Below are positions 11,605-20,897 of a DNA stretch of 64,000 nt, piece by piece; within the stretch, counting starts at the first letter, position 1, and every line of letters begins with the position of its first letter. The stretch is from the NCBI GenBank assembly GCA_963712115.1, contig CAVQGX010000020.1, positions 187,880 to 251,879 of the forward strand, in the 5' to 3' direction. The DNA is from an uncultured delta proteobacterium (GTDB lineage Bacteria; Desulfobacterota; Syntrophobacteria; BM002). The notes under the pieces are model-generated. The model was not told the origin of the DNA. It worked only from the letters and a program-made list of their open reading frames with translations, and made no database searches. The position numbers and the translations under genes are program-made.

Positions 11605-12672
11605 TTAAATAGCCCCCGTGGCTGCCCGGATTAGACCGAAGCATCCGGAGAGCATCATGTCTCCATAAGGTGCAGCAAAATAATAACCGAGGCTTTTTGC
11701 CAGATGTCTTTGAGGGCCGGTTACCACCACAGTTGCAAAAGAACTCATATCTCTTGCTTGGGGCAGGGTGACACAGCCATGTCCGTGATCAGAGAAAACT
11801 TCTTCGTCAGTGAGTGTACCTTGACAAAATCGTTCTAAATGGTCATGAAGCTTGGCAACGGACAGACAACCTGTGTGATGCTCGTAAATACCAACAATTC
11901 TGGAGTTGATTACCAGCGAAGCTACTGCATGTTGGTTGCCCAGGTTCAATATTACCACCCCCTCTTCGGTCTTTTCCCCTACCAGGGGGTCGCAAAGGGC
12001 TCCCAAAATGGCAGCTGCACCGGTGTCCATCACCAGGGCTCCGGGCAAATCACGCTGTACAGCAAGCATTCGCGTCAGATAATCTGGTGGTTCCCTGTAC
12101 CACAGTTGATCCAGACTACCTCCTCGATCAAGGAAGTCACGCCATATGCGGAAACGGAACAGTCGGTTACTACCATGGGGGGAAAACCCATGATCCTGAA
12201 CTGCCACGGCATGGGAGTCCGGGAGTTCAACCTCGAATGGACCAAGGGCTTTTGCGAGAGCGGCAAGATCTACATCGCCCATGGTCACGGGAGTTGCCTC
12301 AGGAGGCGGATTTTCCACTAAAGTTACTCCCATGTTTTTCACGCGATCAAGGTTGTCATAAATGGTCAAAGCAGCCCCTACTGACGCATATACGGGATAA
12401 CCTCCCTTTAGGTGTTCCTGAATGGCCTGTACACAGGCGCCACCACCCATGAGATTTCCCCTGAGGAAAATGGGAAGACCCTGGGAGGTGCAACGACGGA
12501 TGCGTGCCGCCACTACCACTGTCTGGGAAGGAAGTACCAGTTTTACGCAATTTTCTATGGGAACGTCAGGCTGCCAGAGGAGAATATCCTGAGTGCCGCC
12601 ACCAACGTCGATGGCGAGGGTAGGTCTTGCATTAGGTTGCGGTCTGTATGAAGGCATATTCTGGGTTCTCAT
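11605..12672 (-). CDS. DUF1786-family protein (actin-like ATPase fold)
   Basis: LAIDVGGGTQDIL, ENCVKLVLPS, MGGG, AVQDHG, SNRLFRF, NLGNQH, EHHT, APYGDMMLSGCFGL. Confidence 0.85.
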   Translation of the reverse strand: MRTQNMPSYRPQPNARPTLAIDVGGGTQDILLWQPDVPIENCVKLVLPSQTVVVAARIRRCTSQGLPIFLRGNLMGGGACVQAIQEHLKGGYPVYASVGAALTIYDNLDRVKNMGVTLVENPPPEATPVTMGDVDLAALAKALGPFEVELPDSHAVAVQDHGFSPHGSNRLFRFRIWRDFLDRGGSLDQLWYREPPDYLTRMLAVQRDLPGALVMDTGAAAILGALCDPLVGEKTEEGVVILNLGNQHAVASLVINSRIVGIYEHHTGCLSVAKLHDHLERFCQGTLTDEEVFSDHGHGCVTLPQARDMSSFATVVVTGPQRHLAKSLGYYFAAPYGDMMLSGCFGLIRAATGAI

Positions 12673-12693
12673 GCGGACCGACGAGGCGAGGCT

Positions 12694-12810
12694 GACTAGG
12701 CACTAAGCACTAGACACTAGGCACCAAGGCCTATTCTTCAAAGTTTTTTGTAGTGCCTAGTGCATACTGCCTAGTTTCAGATTTCTATCTCTCCGCGTCA
12801 CCGTGTCTAT
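12694..12810. repeat. CTA-core heptamer inverted arms plus an 8-mer repeat
   Basis: ACTAGGC ACTAAGC ACTAGAC ACTAGGC..TAGTGCC TAGTGCA TACTGCC TAGT. Confidence 0.75.
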
Positions 12811-12859
12811 TATGCATCAGGGCTGTCACTAGTACAAGGGACAAAGGCTCTACTTTGAT

Positions 12860-13624
12860 TTAGGGTGCGCCAGTAAGAAACTCGGGGGGCAGGCTGGAGC
12901 AGAAGTCGAGGATGGTCTGACACGCCTGGTTGCACGAACGCTTGAAGCTAGTGCTGCCAAAGCCTGGTTGCCACTTCAAGGTGAAGAGTTCGTCCGACAC
13001 CACAAGCAATCCAACCAGCCGTACTTTTCTGTATGCGGCCACGTGAAACAAAGCAGACAACTCCATTTCCACAGCAAGAAGTCCATCTTTTCCATAAGCT
13101 CGAACCTTATGTACAGTTTCCCGCAAGAGGGCATCGGTGGTCCAGATCGGTCCCAGACGGACGGGAACTCCAGTCTGCTGGCAGTGGTCCTGAAGACGAG
13201 CTAGCAGGTCTGCATCGGGACTAAACTTCTCTGACTTCATAGGATAGTGTACCGATGTTCCTTCTTCGCTGCGGGCATAGTTAGGCAGGAGCCAATCACC
13301 AATTTTGACGTCTGGTTGCATAGACCCACACCAGCCAAAGACAATAATGACCCTACTGCCGAGAGCGATCAATTTCTCCAGGACAAGAACGGCCTGGGGT
13401 GCGCCGAGAATGGGTCCCGCTAAGGTCACAGAACGGCCGCCGTGGATAATCTCTTGCAGGCGAGCGTTATATACTGTTCGTATGCTGGTAGCAATAGGGG
13501 TGGCCAGGCGGCAAAATCTCTGGCGATCCGCTTCGGTGCAGGCTAAAATTGCCACCGGTTCGCAGGACTCTTCCCTGGAACCCTTGCGGGATTCGATTAT
13601 CACTGTGTCATCTTCAAGTGGCAT
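12860..13624 (-). CDS. Nucleoside phosphorylase (PNP/UDP family)
   Basis: GAPQAVLVLEKL, GWCGS, RSEEGTSVHY, WTTDALLRET, AVEME. Confidence 0.88.
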   Translation of the reverse strand: MPLEDDTVIIESRKGSREESCEPVAILACTEADRQRFCRLATPIATSIRTVYNARLQEIIHGGRSVTLAGPILGAPQAVLVLEKLIALGSRVIIVFGWCGSMQPDVKIGDWLLPNYARSEEGTSVHYPMKSEKFSPDADLLARLQDHCQQTGVPVRLGPIWTTDALLRETVHKVRAYGKDGLLAVEMELSALFHVAAYRKVRLVGLLVVSDELFTLKWQPGFGSTSFKRSCNQACQTILDFCSSLPPEFLTGAP

Positions 13625-13746
13625 GATTCGTGACGTGAGAGTTGTTGATAAGATGGGGATTTATTTACCACAAAGAACACAAAGTATTAAGAGATAATAT
13701 TATTTCCTCCGCGTTCTCTGCGGTAAAATATTTATTGTTCGGTTAG

Positions 13747-13803
13747 AAAAAGGAAAAGCGGAACAGGCTACCGTCTGCAAGACGGCATCTTCCTGTTCCG
13801 CTT
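13747..13803 (-). terminator. Probable intrinsic terminator of hup
   Basis: AAGCGGAACAGG..CCTGTTCCGCTT stem followed by a T-rich tract on the minus strand. Confidence 0.6.
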
Positions 13804-13881
13804 AAAATAAGGACTCTTGAATCTTAGCCAGAATTTCGGCAGCTAGATCTTCAATCAAAGCTGAGAAGGTCGTAAAATCTC

Positions 13882-14154
13882 TTACTTGACCATTGCTTTG
13901 AGCTTGCTCCCAGCTTTGAACTTGACTACCTTGGTAGCCTTGATCTTGATCTTTTTGCCGGTTTGGGGATTTCTTCCCTCACGAGCAGCTCGCTTGGCCA
14001 CGCTAAAGGTGCCAAAGCCCACGAGGGTGACCTTGTCCCCTTTCTTCAGGGCACCGCTTACTCCCTTCAGAAAGCCGGTCAAAGCCTTTTCTGCAGCAGC
14101 CTTGGTGATCTTACCACTGCTTGCCATTTGCGCAACGAGATCTGCCTTGGTCAT
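13882..14154 (-). CDS. hup: DNA-binding protein HU
   Basis: MTKADLV..LVGFGTF..RAAREGRNPQTG..KFKAG. Confidence 0.96.
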   Translation of the reverse strand: MTKADLVAQMASSGKITKAAAEKALTGFLKGVSGALKKGDKVTLVGFGTFSVAKRAAREGRNPQTGKKIKIKATKVVKFKAGSKLKAMVK

Positions 14155-14532
14155 AGAATCCTCCTCTTTTGTTCAAAAAGTCTTGGGAAATCCCATCCCC
14201 CCCCCCCATGCCCGACAAACCCGCTTCTGTTGCGGCGGGACAGGGGGATCCTCCGTAGAACTGCATGAATAGGGGCATTATACATAAGTTGCTTTCAAAG
14301 GCAAGAAAATATTTAAAAAAAGTGAAGGTCCTAGAAAAAAAACTAATAAAGGGGTTTTGTGGCGATTGAATCCGAAACAGTCATGGCAATATATGTAGCA
14401 ATTTAGTCGCTATCCAGCTTATATATGGTGGTTAGTGGGCTATGGAGTGAACCTGCTTCGCAAAGCCACCCGACCTAGGGAAAACATTAGAGGAAAGAGA
14501 CATACGGGTTTTTGTCAAATGAGAGATGACAA

Positions 14533-15123
14533 CTAGGATTCCATGGCCCATTTGATGTTCATCTGGACACCGTTTCTTTCGAAAAAAATCTTAAGAATTC
14601 GGGCAGTGGCACCCCAGATCCGGTAGTTCTCATAGGAGATGAAGTAAGCCTCGAAAGCCTGCTCACCTGCCTGGTAGGACCGTCGAGACCAATGGTTGTC
14701 ATCTGCAAGGAAATGCAAAGGGACAGTCAAAATCTCCGCCACCTCTCTGCCATTGGGCTTAAACCCATAAGGATAAGGAATGAGCCCTACAAAGGTGTGC
14801 ACTTGGAAGCTTGTAGTGACGGTGGCAATGGGGTCCAGCTCTCCCAGGATCTCCACATCTTCGGGTTTTAGACCGATTTCTTCCTGTGCCTCTCTCAGGG
14901 CAGTCACCAGGAGGTTCTCATCATGGGGGTCGTGCACTCCGCCGGGAAAAGAAATCTGGCCTTTGTGGACCTTGACTGTTTGGGTCCTCTTGGTGAAGAG
15001 GACGTGCAACTCGTGCTCTTTGAACAGCAAGGGGAAAAGTACCGCGGCAACCGTCAGATTTTCTGAGACTGAAGATGCATGGGGTTCAATAACCAGGTTG
15101 TGGCGTATTCTCTCCAGGTTCAT
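14533..15123 (-). CDS. Nudix CoA pyrophosphatase (NudL-like)
   Basis: HKGQISFPGG, ALREAQEEIG Nudix box, IWGATA. Confidence 0.9.
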   Translation of the reverse strand: MNLERIRHNLVIEPHASSVSENLTVAAVLFPLLFKEHELHVLFTKRTQTVKVHKGQISFPGGVHDPHDENLLVTALREAQEEIGLKPEDVEILGELDPIATVTTSFQVHTFVGLIPYPYGFKPNGREVAEILTVPLHFLADDNHWSRRSYQAGEQAFEAYFISYENYRIWGATARILKIFFERNGVQMNIKWAMES

Positions 15124-15162
15124 GGCTAGGGATTGTAAACCATAAGAACCCGCCTCGCAAGA

Positions 15163-15292
15163 GATTGTAGATTTCAGATTTCGGATTGCAGATTGACAGC
15201 AGTTAAAACGACCAACCTATGAAATTCCGCAATCCGCAATCGCAAATCCGCAATTGTGAAAGCTCCAATACTCCAACACTCCACTACTCCAT
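15163..15292. repeat. Periodic repeats: GATT/AATC heptamer inverted arms and CTCCA 8-mers
   Basis: GATTTCA GATTTCG GATTGCA..AATTCCGC AATCCGC AATCGCA AATCCGC; CTCCAATA CTCCAACA CTCCACTA. Confidence 0.75.
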
Positions 15293-15368
15293 AGATTGGG
15301 ACTAAACACTCAAAGAACTTAAGGTATTTGGCAAGGGGAGGATAAAGCAAAGGGCGGGGTGACTACGA

Positions 15369-16277
15369 CTAGCTGAGTTCCACCATTACCTTCTGGTTGC
15401 CGCCGTTGTTCTTGGCGAGGTAGAGGGCTTGGTCGGCTTCTCTGATCATATCATCCAGGTCTTGTTCCAGATTGTTGCTGGAGTTTTTCAGTTTAGCTAT
15501 GCCGATGCTCAGGCTGGTGGGAAGCAGATTTTTTTCGTTATATTCTTTGCAAAATCTCTCTGCCACCATTAGAGCCTGTCGAGGGTTGGCGTGCAGTACA
15601 GTGACGGCAAACTCGTCACCGCCATAGCGGTAGCCCGAATCCACGTTGTTGCGAATGTTGCGTGATATTATCTCGGCCAGCTCTTTGAGGAGCCTGTCTC
15701 CCTGTTGGTGGCCGTATTTGTCGTTATAAATCTTGAAGTTGTCAATATCGATGAGGAGTAAGTAAAGATCGTAATGTTGTCGGGAGGCACGAATCGCCTC
15801 ATTTCTTAGGTTCTCATCCAGATATCTCCGATTGTATAGTCCCGTAAGGGCGTCACAGGTTGAAAGCCGTCTCAACTCAGATCTCATGTTCCGCTCACGG
15901 ACGATCCGTCTTATCTTTGCCTCGAACTCGTTTATGTTAATCGGTTTAGAGATAAAGTCACTTGCCCCCAGGGCTATGATGTCGGTGTAGTTGTATTCTG
16001 TCTGGAACCCGGTGATGGCAATTACATCCGTATCAATGTATTCTGCGGCAACCCTCTTGATCAAACCTATGCCGTTCAGGCGGGGCATGTTGATATCGGT
16101 AATCACTATGTCAAATTGCTCTTCCTCCATTTTCTCCAGAGCATCCATACCGTCCACTGCTGTTACACTAAGGAGGCCCATGTCGATAATCAACTCGTGG
16201 AGCAAGTCCCGCAAATCCCGATCATCGTCCACCGAGAGCACAGATTGTCGAGCTCGATTTTCTCTATTCATGTCCAA
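15369..16277 (-). CDS. Response-regulator diguanylate cyclase (REC-GGDEF)
   Basis: VDDD, DINMP receiver; DALTGLYNRR, DIDNFK, RYGGDEF, ADQALY. Confidence 0.93.
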   Translation of the reverse strand: MDMNRENRARQSVLSVDDDRDLRDLLHELIIDMGLLSVTAVDGMDALEKMEEEQFDIVITDINMPRLNGIGLIKRVAAEYIDTDVIAITGFQTEYNYTDIIALGASDFISKPININEFEAKIRRIVRERNMRSELRRLSTCDALTGLYNRRYLDENLRNEAIRASRQHYDLYLLLIDIDNFKIYNDKYGHQQGDRLLKELAEIISRNIRNNVDSGYRYGGDEFAVTVLHANPRQALMVAERFCKEYNEKNLLPTSLSIGIAKLKNSSNNLEQDLDDMIREADQALYLAKNNGGNQKVMVELS

Positions 16278-16330
16278 CTCGCGAAGATTCCAGCTTACAG
16301 TCCCCCTTGGTCAATTGTCTGTTGCATCGA

Positions 16331-16570
16331 AGGCATGGGGCATAGGGCATGGGGAAAAATCCTAATTTGGAATTTCGAAATTTTCCTTCGGACTCCCACC
16401 CTTTGCATGGATTCCCGGTTTCGCAATTCTAAACTTTTTGGCCCCCTACCTCTTACAATAAATGACAGCGCAGCGTAATGACCTAATGACGGCGAAGCAT
16501 AATGACCCTAATGGCCTTGCGCCCCTGGCTCTATGCGTTTTTTTCAACGGACCACGGACAACTGACGCGT
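16331..16570. repeat. Cluster of periodic short repeats
   Basis: GGCATGG GGCATAG GGCATGG; AATGAC x4; ACGGACC ACGGACA ACTGAC. Confidence 0.6.
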
Positions 16571-16572
16571 AG

Positions 16573-18030
16573 CTAGGGAGCTGGCTTAGAGTCACCTCCT
16601 TTGGAAGAAGATTTTTCACTCACACCTGCATCTACCTCTGTGGACCTGTCCCAGGGGGAGAGAAATTCAAAGATTTGCCGGTAGGGGGGCAAGGGCTCCT
16701 TTTTGAAGTTCTCTTCAGCATTTTTTGTCTTCATAATGGCTTCCACTTCATCCAAGCTTTTTTTCTTCATATTCACTACTGTCGGGGTGATCAGTAAAAC
16801 CAGCTCGACTTTATCAATTTTTCGACCGCGCTGTCCGAACAATAGGCCCAAAAGAGGAATATCGCCCAAGCAGGGTACTTCGCTCCTCGTTTTGGTCAAG
16901 TTGTCCTGGATGAGACCACCAATCAAGACCGTGTCCCCGCTCTTGGCCAGCAGCCATGTCTCGACAAAGGCAGTCCTGGTTACCGGGATTCCCTGCTCCA
17001 GCTCGGCTGAAGTGACGCTTGGTTTCACATTGAGCAACACATTACCGTCATCATCGATGTAGGGAACTATTTCCAGGACGATACCCGTGTCGATGAACTC
17101 TATGGTCTCGGTCGATACTCCCAGATTGGTGGTGGTTACGGCGTAGCCCTGTTGTCCTCCCACCTGCACTTTGGCGGGCTGGCCGTGGATGGCAAGAACC
17201 TTGGGGGTGGAGAGGGTGTTGACCTTGGTCTTTTCTTGGAGGGCATCGATGGCAGCTGCAAACTGACGAGAGCCTGAACTAGTCAGGACGTTGAAAAAAA
17301 GACCCGAGCCCGTGTCCGGTACCGGAGAGACGGCCTCGCCTTGAGGGAACACTTGAGGTAATGCCGCGTTACTAAAACTCGATGTGCCGACATTTACATC
17401 TCCCAATACTGCAGCCCATTCAACCCCGAGAGACATGTCATCCGTCAGGTTTATCTCTAAGATCTTTGCCTCGATCATCACCTGCTTGGGCACAGTGTCC
17501 CACTGAGCGATCATAGTCTCTATCTTCTTGATGGTTTCGGGGGTGTCCTCTAAGTAAATGGTCTTGGAAGGTTCATGAAACTTGATTGTCCGTATGCCAG
17601 GAAAGGTACTCAGAATGTCCTTGACCTTACTCATGTCAGCGTATTTAAGTTTGAAGATCCGGGTCTGCAACCTGTCTATTTCCGGGTCTTGGGCCAGCTT
17701 GGGCTTGTAGACGTAATAGACGTCGCCGTGCTTGTGATAGCTGAATCCTCCCGCCATGGTGATGGCATGGAGGGCTTTTTCTAAGGTCACCTGGTAGAGG
17801 TGAATGGATATTTTCCCCGTGACCTCTTTGGCTGTTGCAATGTTGATCTCCTGCTCCATAGCCAGGGCGGAAAGAGCGTCCCTTATGTCAGTGTCAATCA
17901 GGCTGAGGTTTATCAGTCTCTGGGAAGGACCGTACTTGGACTGGTACGGGCCTTTCTCTGGTTGGGAAAAAGCCGGACCCACGACCAGGATCATTATTAG
18001 AAAGCATAGAAATGTTGTTTTTCTAATCAT
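16573..18030 (-). CDS. Outer-membrane secretin (GspD/PilQ/MshL family)
   Basis: Signal peptide, N-domain, PKQVMIEAKILE, LSTPKV, DTGIVLEIVP, IGGLI, VPCLGDIPLLGLLF, ELVLLITP. Confidence 0.92.
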   Translation of the reverse strand: MIRKTTFLCFLIMILVVGPAFSQPEKGPYQSKYGPSQRLINLSLIDTDIRDALSALAMEQEINIATAKEVTGKISIHLYQVTLEKALHAITMAGGFSYHKHGDVYYVYKPKLAQDPEIDRLQTRIFKLKYADMSKVKDILSTFPGIRTIKFHEPSKTIYLEDTPETIKKIETMIAQWDTVPKQVMIEAKILEINLTDDMSLGVEWAAVLGDVNVGTSSFSNAALPQVFPQGEAVSPVPDTGSGLFFNVLTSSGSRQFAAAIDALQEKTKVNTLSTPKVLAIHGQPAKVQVGGQQGYAVTTTNLGVSTETIEFIDTGIVLEIVPYIDDDGNVLLNVKPSVTSAELEQGIPVTRTAFVETWLLAKSGDTVLIGGLIQDNLTKTRSEVPCLGDIPLLGLLFGQRGRKIDKVELVLLITPTVVNMKKKSLDEVEAIMKTKNAEENFKKEPLPPYRQIFEFLSPWDRSTEVDAGVSEKSSSKGGDSKPAP

Positions 18031-18547
18031 TGCTCACCAACTTTAGTTTGAAAGTACTGTTGCCTGATCTCAAAAAAACCTCTTTTTCCTCGATTCTAAC
18101 TACTTGATACCCGTCAATCCGTTCACCCAGACGGAGGAGTTTCCCGTTAATGATTGCCACGGAATTACTCCCACCCACAATCACCCCCTTGAGCTTAAGA
18201 GAAGTAGCCTTCTGAGCTCTCGGTTGACCCTTTGGCATGATCCTTTGTTCCGCTTTTTGCAAAGGTTTCATGGGAGCAAAGACGTCTCGGAGCAAATCTC
18301 GCCTGGGTTCCTTGACCTTCGCCCTTGCTAGCTGGGTTTTCTTCAAACTTCCCATATCTAGTGGGGCTAGATCAGCCACCTCCGCCAGCCCCCTAGTGAC
18401 GCTTGGTGGAAGTAGGGGAGCATTTCCTGACGGTTTCGCCTTTAGATGGCGATACACCAACGCCGCTAGCACCATAGCCAGGCCGACTACTAAATAAATC
18501 TTTATCCGATCGCCGGTCTTTCCTTTAAGGACCCCCACCGTACCCAC
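18023..18547 (-). CDS. PilP/MshK/GspC-like accessory protein
   Basis: N-terminal TM, RDVF, LKLKGVIVG..AIING..GERIDGYQVVRI; lies between pilO and the secretin. Confidence 0.65.
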   Translation of the reverse strand: MGTVGVLKGKTGDRIKIYLVVGLAMVLAALVYRHLKAKPSGNAPLLPPSVTRGLAEVADLAPLDMGSLKKTQLARAKVKEPRRDLLRDVFAPMKPLQKAEQRIMPKGQPRAQKATSLKLKGVIVGGSNSVAIINGKLLRLGERIDGYQVVRIEEKEVFLRSGNSTFKLKLVSND

Positions 18548-18551
18548 TCGT

Positions 18552-19082
18552 TTATTCCCTCTGGTAAACGTTGGCTGTCAATTCAGCCTGGCAATCTTCA
18601 TCAAGGTTGCTTCTAGAAATAGTCATGTTCTCAGCAATTAACATACGGTTCATGGTTTCAAAATCATAAAGTAAGTTGTAGATATTGACAAAAGAGCCTT
18701 GTAACATCAACTTGATTGGAATTTTGGTATAAAGTTTCTCTTCGACGCTAGCCATAGGTTGCATACTGATTAATGTGACTTTCCTTTTTTTCATAGAAAA
18801 ATCTATTTCTTTTAATACTTCACCAATATTTACTGCCTTTGGTATGCGTTTATCTAGAAATTCCAATTCTTTTTTTGTCTGGATCATAAGCAAATTTATA
18901 TTTTTAAAATTATCTTCTGCCGATCTTAGTTGGTCTATACTTTTTGATACTATTTCATTATCCTGACGCAGTTGCCTATGTTTGCTTAAGCTATTCTTTA
19001 TTACCCAGTAACCACATGTCAATGAAAGAGTGATCACTAGAAAGAAGCCAATTCGATCAAGTGTTTTAACACTAATCTGCAT
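18552..19082 (-). CDS. pilO: PilO-like protein
   Basis: TM, coiled coil, RIP, KIPIKLMLQGSF..E.MNR; operon position. Confidence 0.8.
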   Translation of the reverse strand: MQISVKTLDRIGFFLVITLSLTCGYWVIKNSLSKHRQLRQDNEIVSKSIDQLRSAEDNFKNINLLMIQTKKELEFLDKRIPKAVNIGEVLKEIDFSMKKRKVTLISMQPMASVEEKLYTKIPIKLMLQGSFVNIYNLLYDFETMNRMLIAENMTISRSNLDEDCQAELTANVYQRE

Positions 19083-19669
19083 TATATTTTCGAAATTTTA
19101 CATTCAATGTTAAATTGCATTAGGCGAACTGTTTTGCCCGAGCCTTTACTAAACTGCGAATTTACGTTCTCACGAGCCTGTTGCAACACTACATCCTTGA
19201 ACATCGGTTCGTTGGTAAGTTGCTTCAAGAAACTTCCCAGTTCGTCTGCAGAAAAAGAAAAACCTGTCAGCCTCAACCGGATGGAGGATTGTTCCTCATG
19301 GCCACTGTCTATAGTCAGTTGGCTTAGCCAGGTGGCTTCATTCATAAGGTCTGCCAGTTTAGCGAATATTTGCGAATAAGGAGCACCGAGAGTAATATTT
19401 TCCAATCCGGCTTGTTCTTGCTGCATCCTGTCCAATTCTACTTGAATTCGCCTGATTTCATTTATTTTGCTGCCAAGGTGTTGATGTTTTTGCTTTAGTT
19501 CTGCTAAGGTGCGTTTTTTGGCCTGTAGTGCATATATTTGGTAAAAATAAAAGGTCCAAATAAGACTCAGTGAGATGGCCATGCAAGCCGTCCAAAAAAA
19601 TAGGTGGCGCAGAAATTCTCTACGGGCCAAAATCTCAGCTGGAATCAGATTTGTCTCTCTTAGAGCCAT
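19082..19669 (-). CDS. pilN: PilN-like protein
   Basis: NLIP N-terminal motif, TM, coiled coil, WLSQL, LTGFSFS..F..L..F. Confidence 0.82.
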   Translation of the reverse strand: MALRETNLIPAEILARREFLRHLFFWTACMAISLSLIWTFYFYQIYALQAKKRTLAELKQKHQHLGSKINEIRRIQVELDRMQQEQAGLENITLGAPYSQIFAKLADLMNEATWLSQLTIDSGHEEQSSIRLRLTGFSFSADELGSFLKQLTNEPMFKDVVLQQARENVNSQFSKGSGKTVRLMQFNIECKISKI

Positions 19670-20769
19670 GTTACCTTTCTCATAGCCAAGCCCAGAGCTA
19701 GGCTAAATGGCCCACCTTCGGATAGGTCCGAAAGAGAAGCGTCCTTAGACAAGCTCACTTTATTAAGTGGATTAATCAGGCTGGCTGGAATATTCAGTCT
19801 TTTCTCCAGATAGCGGTCTAAATGGCGAATAAAGGTTCCCGGCCCATAAATATAGATCCCCTCTATAACCGCATCCTGTCGCTCAGACCGCGCATAGCCG
19901 ATGACCCTGTGGAACTCATGAACCAATTCCTCGATATGTGGGTTTATGATCTGGTAAATGGCGCGGTACATGTCCCTCACATCCTCAGGAGGAGTTTTGT
20001 CTTCGGGGGCTAAACAGTCCAAACAATCTTCATAGAAAAGGCCGTATTTTTTTAGGAGAACCTTGGCTTTATCACTGTCGGGTGAGAGTTCAAGGTTGGC
20101 CTGTAGATTCTTCAGCACTGTTCGGATACCCCGGGCAACACTGCGCTGAACCAAGATGCTGTCTTTGGTTACAACTGAGAGGAGGCTTTGGGAGTAGCCG
20201 ATATTGCACAAGATTATTGAATCCTGGATGGTCTGCTGGGGATAATTGTGGAACCGCAGTAAAGATGAAACCCCGAAATCAACTACCTCTACGGTCAAAC
20301 CGGCGGTTTTTAGCATGGAGAGATAGTTGGCCATCTGATCTTTCCGAGCCGCAACAACGCTGGCCCTGTATTTGTTCCCCTCATCCCCATCAACAAAGGT
20401 GAGTGACGGGTAGTCTATTATGGCTTCTTCCAAGGGAAAGGTAAGATACTGTCTCGAGTTTCGCATGATGGCAGTTTCTACGGTTTCATCTTTACCGAGC
20501 TGAAAGCTAATGGGAAAGCTAAGGATGTATTCGCTGGGAAAGTGAACCACAACTCTCTTACCCTTAAGTTTCTTATCTTTAACCACATCCCTCAGCAGAG
20601 GAATCAAAACATCTTTTGCCTCTAGAATTCCGCCCTTCTCACTCTGATATTCTCGATGGACCAGACCCCTGATCACTAGACCCTGCCTGTTTTCTTTAAA
20701 CTGGGCAGCGTAAATATTGTTTTTGCCTATATCAATACCTATGGGGTATTTGCTGTTTAAGTTAAGCAT
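19660..20769 (-). CDS. pilM: PilM-like actin-fold protein
   Basis: IGIDIG, YLTFPLEEAIIDY, VAARK, NIG, NPL, ALGLAMR. Confidence 0.87.
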   Translation of the reverse strand: MLNLNSKYPIGIDIGKNNIYAAQFKENRQGLVIRGLVHREYQSEKGGILEAKDVLIPLLRDVVKDKKLKGKRVVVHFPSEYILSFPISFQLGKDETVETAIMRNSRQYLTFPLEEAIIDYPSLTFVDGDEGNKYRASVVAARKDQMANYLSMLKTAGLTVEVVDFGVSSLLRFHNYPQQTIQDSIILCNIGYSQSLLSVVTKDSILVQRSVARGIRTVLKNLQANLELSPDSDKAKVLLKKYGLFYEDCLDCLAPEDKTPPEDVRDMYRAIYQIINPHIEELVHEFHRVIGYARSERQDAVIEGIYIYGPGTFIRHLDRYLEKRLNIPASLINPLNKVSLSKDASLSDLSEGGPFSLALGLAMRKVTWL

Positions 20770-20830
20770 AGTGTTCTCTGGAAATTTTAATGACTACAGA
20801 CCTAAGCTATTCCACTCGCCAACTCCAGTC

Positions 20831-20846
20831 TGCAAGGCTCATGCCA
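20831..20846 (-). promoter_or_regulatory. Sigma-54 promoter upstream of pilMNOP-secretin
   Basis: TGGCATGAGCCTTGCA (GG-N10-GC). Confidence 0.7.
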
Positions 20847-20897
20847 CAGCCCGGATATTGCATGAATCGCTTGCTGCGACTTTGGAGTGAGCAATCC

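Noticed and set aside
14440-14500. c-di-GMP-I riboswitch, suggested by CGCAAAGCC..CCTA
   Set aside because: No P1 stem with a GAAA tetraloop, and it is not oriented ahead of a gene. An Infernal search would settle it.
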